In this document: positions 53,184 through 58,729 of the stretch, one piece after another
Position numbering within the stretch: the first letter of the stretch is position 1
How the letters are laid out: every line of letters begins with the position of its first letter
DNA from: Saccostrea echinata
Taxonomy: Eukaryota
Direction of reading: 5' to 3'
Length of the DNA: 64,000 bases
NCBI RefSeq assembly: GCF_033153115.1
Contig: NW_026889752.1
Span: 10,726,001 to 10,790,000 of the forward strand
Notes under the pieces: model-generated
Told to the model about the DNA's origin: nothing
The model's database searches: none
Seen by the model: only the letters and a program-made list of their open reading frames with translations
Translations under genes and position numbers: made by a program

Positions 53184-55139
53184 GTGTGTGTGTGTGTGTT
53201 TGTAAATAAAGTTCAATTTATTTCTTCCTTGTAAAGTTAATCGAAAAACTAAATAACGTTTCCTTAATTATTACTTTAGCTATCTAGTTTGTTTATTGAT
53301 ATATGCTATTACGTTAATACTAAGTATCGTAAAAATATATTTTAAATTCATTAATCAATTGATATTATATTTTAGGTGACCACAAACTCCAAACTGCGCA
53401 CAGCAGTTGATATAACGAAGCTTTCTCAGTACCTCTACATTCCTCACACACAAATCACACTCCTCACTCTACAGTCATTTGATACAGAACAGCAGTTCTG
53501 TAGACAAGTCAAGTAAGTCATTAGATCTGTAGACAAGTCATGTAAGTCAGCAGTTCTGTAGACAAGTCAAATAAGTAAATAAGTCATTTGATACAGAGCA
53601 AAAGTTCTAAAGACAAGTCAAGTAAGTCAGCAATTCTGTAGACAGGTCCAGTAAGTTATTTGATACAGAGCAGCAGTTCTGTAGACAAGTCAGTAAGTTA
53701 TTAGGTCTGTTGAAAAGTCAGATAAGTCATTTGTTACAGAGCAGCAGTTATGTAAACAAGTTTGATAAGTCATTTGATATGAAGACAGCTGGTCAAGTGA
53801 GTCAGCATTTCTGTTGACAAGTCAAGTAAGTCGAATTACTGCAGCATTACAAGTACCTAAATCGAATATTTTTATGACCCTCAGATTGGAAGGGGAGGTT
53901 TTGTTTGTCCTGTCATAAAATTTATCATTCTCATTTTGTAACTTTAGAAAAATATTTAAGAGGGCTGGGTGGTCATGGCCATTTTTAGACTATATTGATC
54001 TCCTTTAGAAGAAGAGCTCCATATAAAGATATACAAATATGATCAAATTTTAAAACTAAAATGTATGGATTTTTTCTTTGCCAAATGATAGTTGACAACT
54101 TAAGGTATCATATCTAAAAAAAAATAAGTTATATCTGATGGTTAATTTGTTGACCCCCCGTCCTCCTTAATTCCCGTTAAGTCCNNNNNNNNNNNNNNNN
54201 NNNNNNNNNNNNNNNNNNNNNNNNNNNNNNNNNNNNNNNNNNNNNNNNNNNNNNNNNNNNNNNNNNNNNNNNNNNNNNNNNNNNNNNNNNNNNNNNNNNN
54301 NNNNNNNNNNNNNNCCTTTCTTGAGGTCGGTCCCTAGAATTGCGAGGTCGATATGCTTTTCTGTGAAGTAGATATATCTATTGATTGACCGAATAAAAGG
54401 GGTACATTATATATATATATTTTACAGAGATTGACAAAACAAAATTTTAAAATGATGAGAACAAGCCACAAGTTTGTTCTCTTGTCAATTTTAACACATC
54501 GAGACTGGAAATCAAAATATATTAAGCTGTTTGATGTAATTTCTTTTTTTAATACTGATTGGGTTATTAAGGGGATTTACTAGTTTAAATGGTTATATTT
54601 GTTTTGTAATGTTTTTTATGATTTATGATGAAACAAATCTAATATGTTTTAATATTAAGTACATCCTTATGCATTGTTATCTCTCACCAATTATTATAGA
54701 GAATCCTTTTATAAATAGTAGTTGTAGTATATATTTTTTTCAAACACATCATATCATATTAGCTATTGTGAAATCAGCACTATTGTTGTTTTACAGAAGA
54801 TAATTTCCATTGGAAACTCATTTTTTGGCAAATAAGTGTGAAAACCGAGTATGCTTAGCGTTAGGAATGGCCAGTCTTGGGACTTCTGATTATCTATAAA
54901 TTCATAAAAATATGGAAAACTTCTTTTGTAGACAAAGCTTTGAGAGAGACTTAGCTGCCGAGTCTCTGTTGATTGTACAGTGTGACAGTGGAAATGAGAA
55001 TGCCAGCCTTGTGGCCTGTGCCCAGTATTCTGTGTTAGATCAGCTGCAACAGCTGGAGGAGGAGAAGACAGGGAAGACACACATTGTCTTCATCATCCAT
55101 CTCCCCAGGGTGGCAGGTGGAGGATTTACAGAATTCCAG
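7288..55139 (+). CDS. RNF213: RNF213/mysterin-like E3 ubiquitin ligase-AAA+ ATPase, partial multi-exon gene (28 exons traced, AAA core region)
   Basis: The spliced translation carries RNF213 signature peptides in the expected order: DPSWAELRHF, YELTTDN, IPVIIMGETGCGKT, VHGG, FFDEANTTEAIGLIKE, AACNPYR, LVYRVQPLP, VWDFGQL, FVSLRDVER, ELRIPLFLVGK, SNWAMDPAKMNRG, REFFGLRDFYSLIKM, NLYESLYDAL, FPIPL.RLEKH, FDTE. Every junction is phase-compatible. Confidence 0.95.
7945..9330 (-). mobile_element. Decayed RTE-clade LINE, RT and 3' end
   Basis: Minus-strand peptides DPFSVGTGVRRGC, LNFTDDINLLS (FADD motif remnant), IKIDIRKRWI; many stops and frameshifts. Confidence 0.75.
8024..8344 (+). mobile_element. 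tRNA-derived SINE (bivalve Meta+Deu-domain type, BivaMD-like) inserted in the LINE
   Basis: B-box GTTCGAATC, Deu-like CCTTCGGATGAGACCTTAAAAACCGAG, (CAAT)n tail, ~14-bp TSD TCAATTTGTTCCAC/TCAATTCGGTCCAC. Family name is from memory. Confidence 0.8.
9335..9857 (+). mobile_element. HINE-family fragment
   Basis: TTTTAGCTCACCTGAG head and sequence similar to 1619-1950. Confidence 0.65.
9858..9928. repeat. (TA)n microsatellite
   Basis: Perfect TA run of ~35 units. Confidence 0.98.
9946..10211. mobile_element. MITE with ACTATAGT subterminal motifs
   Basis: CCCTAACAAAA...TTTTGTTAGGG TIRs; same motifs as 46099-46964. Confidence 0.65.
10810..11435 (-). mobile_element. Penelope-like element remnant (GIY-YIG endonuclease region)
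   Basis: Minus strand RVPLVITYHP, AYRRPRNLKDMVIR, C..RRCLLC, YLISCKVC..QYV, EPVGEHFN, EKFWMHRL. Confidence 0.8.
11690..12240 (-). mobile_element. Upstream fragment of the RTE LINE
   Basis: Minus strand AIKILKNGKTADSDGI (KAxGxDGI motif); same strand and correct order relative to 7945-9330. Confidence 0.6.
13021..13305 (-). mobile_element. tRNA-derived SINE, Deu-domain subfamily lacking the Meta-like segment
   Basis: A/B boxes on the minus strand (TGGCGCAGTGG, GGTTCGAATCC); Deu core and tail shared with the 8024 copy. Confidence 0.85.
13389..13554 (+). CDS. RNF213: RNF213-like exon 2
   Basis: DIGQNDLLFDDKEFRSDVFQRPFQYL...PQTCLQTLLK; AG/GT bounded. Confidence 0.9.
13911..14050. mobile_element. 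140-bp foldback MITE-like element
   Basis: 42-bp terminal inverted arms with 2 mismatches, extending imperfectly to ~64 bp. Confidence 0.8.
14241..14409 (+). CDS. RNF213: RNF213-like exon 3
   Basis: HCGIRDPSWAELRHFVWFLNTQL...FLIQMSR; AG/GT bounded. Confidence 0.93.
15708..15838 (+). CDS. RNF213: RNF213-like exon 4
   Basis: NFATRSLNMSEESP...DAEEEEDEDVLRQFQLRRTWEN; AG/GT bounded. Different frame from the ORF-track call at 15736. Confidence 0.9.
16200..17080 (-). mobile_element. Highly decayed non-LTR RT remnant (tentative)
   Basis: Minus-strand LLANRSFSVQT and AFVCGDLGL (possible YADD remnant); higher GC than the flanks. Confidence 0.3.
17990..18433 (-). mobile_element. HINE-family element, reverse orientation
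   Basis: Ends TGATCAGAAAAGCTACTTGAGCC..CTCAGGTGAACTAAAA, the reverse complement of the HINE head. Confidence 0.75.
18960..19600. repeat. Degenerate ~130-145-bp tandem array (probable Helitron-type central repeats)
   Basis: About 5 copies of GCCAAGGGAGAGAAAATATG..ACAAGGATTTT..TTTCATCTAG. Confidence 0.7.
19750..20700 (-). mobile_element. 5' end/ORF1 remnant of a CR1/L2-type LINE
   Basis: Basic N-terminus (KQKKRKKAK), coiled coil (MKRMVESKLDK...IRSLKDELSLDL), RRM-like SGIPVTEDENV...VRLPSR..KPGLVKISF; broken frames. Confidence 0.65.
20964..21190 (-). mobile_element. tRNA-derived SINE (BivaMD-like), tail lost
   Basis: Reverse complement of the 8024 family including the head. Confidence 0.85.
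21286..22260. mobile_element. TTAA-flanked non-autonomous DNA transposon (Kolobok-like)
   Basis: TTAA|GGCTACACCCAGA...TCTGGGTACTGCC|TTAA; a related inverted copy lies at 56703-57090. Confidence 0.65.
22891..23088 (+). CDS. RNF213: RNF213-like exon 5
   Basis: FFNPDHHSMTFLGFNI...NENFDSLPR; AG/GT bounded. Confidence 0.92.
23193..23315 (+). CDS. RNF213: RNF213-like exon 6
   Basis: DQKLYKLCSVMG...DPDPSYELTTDNVKKIMGIYMRFK; AG/GT bounded. Confidence 0.93.
23445..23565 (+). CDS. RNF213: RNF213-like exon 7 (first active AAA Walker A)
   Basis: CDIPVIIMGETGCGKTRLVKFMC...MIHMK; AG/GT bounded. Confidence 0.95.
23605..25415. mobile_element. Non-autonomous hAT transposon
   Basis: Perfect 8-bp TSD TCCATTGG (23597-23604, 25416-25423); TIRs CAGGGTTGGGGT/ACCCCATCCCTG; AATTAC/GTAATT subterminal arrays. 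Confidence 0.88.
25512..25753 (+). CDS. RNF213: RNF213-like exon 8 (first active AAA Walker B)
   Basis: VHGGT...TVLFFDEANTTEAIGLIKEIMCD...IVAACNPYRK; AG/GT bounded. Confidence 0.95.
27068..27150 (+). CDS. RNF213: RNF213-like exon 9
   Basis: HSEDLIKRLEQAGAGYQVDADKTTDRI; AG/GT bounded. Confidence 0.9.
27401..27534 (+). CDS. RNF213: RNF213-like exon 10
   Basis: QVPVRRLVYRVQPLPQSMLPLVWDFGQL...MVRRY; AG/GT bounded. Confidence 0.94.
28881..28980 (-). mobile_element. SINE 3' tail fragment
   Basis: Reverse complement of the tail of the 29148 copy. Confidence 0.75.
29148..29445 (+). mobile_element. tRNA-derived SINE (BivaMD-like)
   Basis: Collinear with 8024-8344. Confidence 0.85.
31155..32193 (+). 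mobile_element. Decayed, internally deleted mariner transposon
   Basis: TA|CGAGGGTTGTTCGAAAGTTCGTGGAC...GTCCACAAACTTTCCGAACCTTCG|TA; transposase N-terminal remnant MEQQLTIQFCVVL...VYTWDRRYLNDRDS near 31544-31700. Confidence 0.8.
32646..32738 (+). CDS. RNF213: RNF213-like exon 11
   Basis: IREGKLPNEPNFNKSVSHILTSAQEFMRRQQ; CAG acceptor, GTAAG donor, phase 0-0. Confidence 0.88.
32867..33066 (+). mobile_element. 5'-truncated SINE (Deu domain + tail)
   Basis: CCTTCGGATGAGACCTTAAAAACCGAGG...(CAAT)n. Confidence 0.85.
33321..33530 (+). repeat. 42-bp tandem repeat (5 copies) spanning the exon 12 acceptor
   Basis: Units at 33321, 33363, 33405, 33447, 33489; consensus CTTGTTTATTCTACAGGATGAGTGTAGTTTTGTCAGTCTGAG. 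Confidence 0.92.
33505..33666 (+). CDS. RNF213: RNF213-like exon 12
   Basis: DECSFVSLRDVERVLEVMSWFY plus an acidic tail; donor GGG|GTTAGC inferred from phase. Confidence 0.88.
33778..33947 (+). CDS. RNF213: RNF213-like exon 13
   Basis: TVSDLTKSLVLALGVCYHACL...LDIITR; AG/GT bounded. Confidence 0.92.
34071..34293 (+). CDS. RNF213: RNF213-like exon 14 (second Walker A, GKSGSSKS)
   Basis: AKNQALRENVFMMVVCIELRIPLFLVGKSGSSKSLAKTIVADAMQG; AG/GT bounded. Confidence 0.95.
34426..34596 (+). CDS. RNF213: RNF213-like exon 15 (degenerate second Walker B)
   Basis: VQMLSFLCSRLSMPEGIVGIFRQCA...SVVVLDMMGLAEDSSKMPFT; AG/GT bounded. Confidence 0.93.
34744..34806 (+). CDS. RNF213: RNF213-like exon 16
   Basis: VLHTLLEDGCQGDEIPEEHKK; AG/GT bounded. 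Confidence 0.9.
35240..36690. repeat. ~155-bp satellite-like tandem array (about 9-10 degenerate copies)
   Basis: Recurring CATGGTTACTAAAAATAGAAATT..GTGAAATTCTTTCAAAA (e.g. 36280, 36435, 36590). Confidence 0.85.
39470..40002 (+). mobile_element. Penelope-like RT C-terminal/3' remnant
   Basis: LYDKRDEFHFSIVN..YLCSNIPLSSSYGVYVSQLIRYARA; homologous to 50775-51340 and 41460-41675. Confidence 0.75.
40483..40619. other. Assembly gap (N run)
   Basis: Ns in sequence. Confidence 1.
40886..40995 (+). CDS. RNF213: RNF213-like exon 17
   Basis: VAFIGISNWAMDPAKMNRGILVQREVPDLEELVNSA; AG/GT bounded. Confidence 0.94.
41198..41332 (+). CDS. RNF213: RNF213-like exon 18
   Basis: GICSGNK...REFFGLRDFYS; AG/GT bounded. 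Confidence 0.93.
41968..42139 (+). CDS. RNF213: RNF213-like exon 19
   Basis: LIKMVYNFA...IRRNFGG...VEKIKI; donor ATT|GTAATT inferred from phase. Confidence 0.88.
43096..43169 (+). CDS. RNF213: RNF213-like exon 20
   Basis: PSPGDPDCTPAGLIKACLHGDGVD; TTTCAG acceptor, GTAGGT donor, phases fit both neighbours. Confidence 0.85.
45327..45459 (+). CDS. RNF213: RNF213-like exon 21
   Basis: DTRYLLLMTENYGAL...IFGSSFPGDQEYKQ; AG/GT bounded. Confidence 0.93.
46099..46964. mobile_element. Non-autonomous element with 30-bp subterminal tandem repeats
   Basis: ACTATAGTAAATCAAAGTTCCAAAGTTTTT arrays at both ends; ends TTTTTTAGGG like 9946-10211. Confidence 0.7.
47364..47471 (+). CDS. RNF213: RNF213-like exon 22
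   Basis: MYGKINRLKICMKTGNTTVLVNLENLYESLYDALDQ; AG/GT bounded. Confidence 0.9.
48079..48164 (+). CDS. RNF213: RNF213-like exon 23
   Basis: IYVYFGRERYVDLRLGTRPVKSRVHKNFR; AG/GT bounded. Confidence 0.92.
48509..48697 (+). CDS. RNF213: RNF213-like exon 24
   Basis: LIVVAKKEVVYSKFPIPLIHRLEKHF...; AG/GT bounded. Confidence 0.93.
48901..49027 (+). CDS. RNF213: RNF213-like exon 25
   Basis: EKATEYKIGHVFMGFNADTCASII...MEQE; AG/GT bounded. Confidence 0.9.
49426..49620 (+). CDS. RNF213: RNF213-like exon 26 (GC donor)
   Basis: VMQAAKEVLLWCATPDGVLR...YYEKQKHDNL...GLLAQ; ends CAG|GCAAAG. Confidence 0.87.
50775..51340 (+). mobile_element. Penelope-like RT C-terminal/3' remnant
   Basis: YPSELEIKDTTESATFVSYL..., IVNFPYLCSILPLSSAYGVYI. 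Confidence 0.75.
53144..53198. repeat. (CT)n + (TG)n microsatellite
   Basis: Direct reading. Confidence 0.95.
53376..53512 (+). CDS. RNF213: RNF213-like exon 27
   Basis: VTTNSKLR...ITLLTLQSFDTEQQFCRQVK; TAG acceptor, GTAAGT donor. Confidence 0.9.
53473..53832 (+). repeat. Minisatellite built from the exon 27 3' end plus donor site
   Basis: About 10 variable copies of (GTCATTTGATACAGAG)CAGCAGTTCTGTAGACAAGTCAAGTAAGTCA. Confidence 0.9.
54185..54314. other. Assembly gap (N run)
   Basis: Ns in sequence. Confidence 1.
54932..55139 (+). CDS. RNF213: RNF213-like exon 28
   Basis: SLLIVQCDSGNENASLVACAQY...HIVFIIHLPRVAGGGFTEFQ; AG/GT bounded. Confidence 0.92.
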
Positions 55140-55774
55140 GTAAAAAAAAATACGAGTATCCACTTATTTTTATTTCAGGAAAGTTGAAGGGAACATAGCA
55201 ATGTAAGCGTCTTTGGTAGTAAATTGAAAATGAATGTTCTGTTGTTTAAATGCTTTAATATGCTAGTTCCCTATATATGTACTTGTCACTAGCTAGCATG
55301 TATATAGGTACAACAATATGCTACTTGTCTGTTTGTCTGTTTTATAAACTTTTTTTTAATCTGATGCACTTATTTAAATTTCTTTCAATCTACAGACTTT
55401 GGATTTAATATATAAACTGTGGAAGGGAGAGGAAATGAAAAGAATTAAAATGATCAGAGGTTAGGAGAAATGTCCTGGCCCTTTCACACACATGTGTTAA
55501 AAAATCAGATATTCTTTTAAAATATATGAAATCCAGAAACATATATTTATTGCAAAGGTGGCTTGTAATAAGAGGAAGCTGCTCTTAGATTTTGGGATCA
55601 TGTACATGTGGTCAGACGTTTAAATCAAAATAATCTATTATAACTATGTTGATGCATATATTTCTTTGAGAAAGATACACAGTATAATTGCTTCTTTAAT
55701 TAAAATGAAACTCAGAAATTTTAATATATTGTAATCGGTCATCAACAAAATTACTTTGTGAAAAATCACTCTGA

Positions 55775-56690
55775 TTCTAAATACAAGCTCTTTGAATTTG
55801 ATATTCAAAGAATGCTGGAGATCCTCATTGACAGCATCTGTGTATTCCTAGGAGACCTGGTCTTTTCCAGCAAACGGAATTTCGATGGGCGCTAATTGTG
55901 CTCCTTTACTTGCCGACCTGTTTTTATATTCCTATGAAGCAGAATTGATTAATTTTGATACTTAAAAAATGTAAAAAAAAAAAAAATCAAATCTAAAATT
56001 CAGAAAATTTATCAAACACACGAGAAAAAAAACCCCACAATAGTTACTTCCATTCATATGTCGACTCAGTATATCCCCGTGAACTCAAAAGATACTACGG
56101 AGACTCTATCTGTTTTATATTTGGATGTTTTACTAAAGACACTACGGGCCGACTAACAACTTAACTGACGACGTTTTATCAATTAACAATAGTTACTTCC
56201 ATTCATATGTCCACTCAATATATCCCAGTGAATCCAACGTAAAGGACGCTCTCTCCGAGATTGGAAGGTCGTGAGTTCGAATTTTGGCCACAACTGACCT
56301 AAGTCGATAAAACCTAGGTAGCAACTGTTCCTTCGCCAAGCGCTCGGCACTTTGAAATGAAAGATGCAGGCCTTCGGATGAGACCATTAAAACCCGAGGC
56401 TCTGTGTCACGGTAGGCGTTGGTATGACAAATATCCCTCACTTCTCAATGGTACTGAATGCTGAGTAAAGGTCTTAATTTGAAGCCCTTCACCGTTTTTT
56501 GGTGACGTCTCTATATGAGTGAAAATTCTCAAACGGGACGTAAAATAACATACAGTCAATCAATAAAAAAAAGATACCACAGAGTCTATTGCATCTGTTT
56601 TATACTTGGGGTTTTTATTTACTAAATAAAGGCGCTATAGTCCAACTAACAATTTAACTGAGACAAATAAGGTTATTTCTGCTTTTTCCT
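55775..56690 (+). mobile_element. Penelope-like RT remnant with internal tandem duplication and SINE insertion
   Basis: GISMGANCAPLLADLFLYSYEAE; ~150-bp segment duplicated (56040 and 56189). Confidence 0.75.
56239..56562 (+). mobile_element. tRNA-derived SINE (BivaMD-like)
   Basis: Collinear with 8024-8344. Confidence 0.85.
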
Positions 56691-56702
56691 CTCATGGGTA
56701 TT

Positions 56703-57090
56703 TTAAGGAAGCATTCAAATCATATCTCGGGAAATTTAGACTTTTTAAAGAAATTAAAGTTTGATAATTTACCAAAGCCACCGATAAAATGTAAACCATT
56801 ATTAACTATTGCATAAAGACAACGGAGTGTCTGGGGCCAACAAGTGCACCACCACGACGTCATCACGTGACAGCGTAGAAAAATATTCCTTAATAAAAAA
56901 AAGTTAACAGAACAATATTACCCCGGGTTTAATAAATTCTTTAAGTAAATATATAGTTAAAAACAGCTCTTTATGCCTAAAATGTGCTACTAGAATCCCA
57001 ATGAATATAATTATTATAATTAATTATTATTCCAAACATTCGCAAGAAACCTTACCCGATGTTTTGCATTTGTGATAACCAGATTTTGGT
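56703..57090. mobile_element. Fragment of the TTAA-flanked family seen at 21286-22260 (inverted)
   Basis: Matches the reverse complement of 21900-22264, e.g. ACGACGTCATCACGTGAC. Confidence 0.65.
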
Positions 57091-57857
57091 CTTTTATAGG
57101 TTTATTGTGTCATACAAGTTACAACATTTATAATGGTATAATAATAATGCTAATGATAATCATAATGGCAGTGTGCTGTACAAATGAAAAATAAAGAAAA
57201 AAACTTACTTACAAATTTAAATTCACATGATTGTAATGAAGTATTAATTAAAAATGAATAAAAATTAAGATACAGAATTATGACAGACAGTTGACCTTTT
57301 CATTATAAAGATTTATAGTATATTACACTCATAATTAATTGACATTATGAATAAATATGTATAAGGAATATGCCTAATATAAACCTTACCCCAATTAGGG
57401 CAAAATGCACAAAAGGTTAAGGTCACAATGTGTATTGGTCACAGTGATGCAATCTAATAAAAATCAATATATCTATGTTAACCCCTTTCATACTTAGAAT
57501 TAAAATAAATAGCCAACAGAATATGAAAACTTTTATCAACAAATACATGTCTTAAACTTATTCTATTAGAATAAATATTTTCTTACTTTATAAATATTAA
57601 AATATTCCTACCAAAACATCATTTACTATTATGAACAAAGATATCTAAAAAAAAAAGAATAAAAAATAAAAACTTACAGTTGGTATTTACTATTACAGAC
57701 ATGCAATTGACTTCAACAGTTACACAGTCTAGCGCGAAACATTTCGTGCAAAATCATAAACTATGAAATCACGTGATCACAGGAAGTGAAGTTGAAATTA
57801 TCAAAATATTAAACAACCTACATTTAACTTAAAACTTATATGTATTTTCTATAATTA

Positions 57858-58453
57858 TGTAGCAAATTTATAATAGTTGATTGTCAGATTCCGGATTGTT
57901 ATCATGGTTATAGCTACCTGTTATTAATTTTCTATTTAGCTGTTTAGTCTTATCTATTTGTAAGCTAGGGCAGTTTATTGCTTTTTAATTATAGTGATAA
58001 TTAGTTAATCACAGGTGGTCATTGTTTAATGTTATGTATTGCCTCCCCACTTAGAGGAGGTAGAGTTTTCACTCCCCACATTGTGGAGGCTCGGTAGAGT
58101 ATATAAGTAAGCGAATTTGATCATTTGTACAGTTAAAACAGTTAAAGTAGTTGCAGTTGTGTAGTGAATTGTTGTAAATATCAGACAGAATAGATTTAGA
58201 CAGAGTAGCAGGGTTTAGGATTTTATATATTTTATCTGGATTATTTTACTATTATTTCTAATGTGAAGTGTGGACTATATATGTGTAAATATTGTGTATA
58301 GATATGTAAATAAATTAGTGAACTTTTATGCGGACTTCATAGCATTATTCTGAGGAGGGGTGAGAATTTCAGTAAAAACCGCTCGGACAGTAAATGTTTT
58401 TAAACTCAGCAGTTTAATTAAGCTGACTCCCCCGCAGCTCGGACTGCGCTACA
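57858..58453 (+). repeat. 5' LTR (596 bp)
   Basis: TGTAGC...GCTACA inverted termini; TATATAA at 58100; AATAAA at 58309; first 106 bp repeated at 63895. Confidence 0.95.
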
Positions 58454-58455
58454 AC

Positions 58456-58467
58456 TGGTGGCAGCGG
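58456..58467 (+). promoter_or_regulatory. Primer binding site (tRNA-Leu type)
   Basis: TGGTGGCAGCGG, 2 nt after the LTR, complementary to the ...CCGCUGCCACCA 3' end of tRNA-Leu. Confidence 0.85.
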
Positions 58468-58727
58468 ATGATGCTGTTACCGCGGCTATGCAGGAGGAAT
58501 GTATACGCATGACGGAAAATGTAAGGATGAAAGAAAGAAGAATAGAAAGACCTGTTTATGATATTCGTAATTCTTATGCAAGAAATGTCAACAAGAATAA
58601 TCACACAGAGCGAGGTAGTTTTAAATCAGTGAAACGATGCTACAGATGCAATTCTACAGGACATTTACTAAAGGACTGTCCGAAAAAGACACTTAACCAA
58701 AATAAACGTGAAGCAAGGGAGCCTTAA
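58468..58727 (+). pseudogene. gag: Truncated gag (C-terminal part only, CCHC zinc knuckle)
   Basis: CYRCNSTGHLLKDC (CX2CX4HX4C). Confidence 0.88.
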
Positions 58728-58729
58728 AT

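Noticed and set aside
53473-53832. Short repeat arrays as CRISPR-like (also 33321-33530 and 46099-46964)
   Set aside because: Eukaryotic intronic tandem repeats with no unique spacers and no cas genes.
7288-55139. Calling the RNF213-like locus a pseudogene
   Set aside because: No stop or frameshift in 28 exons, and splice sites are intact apart from one GC donor. Decay outside the window cannot be excluded.
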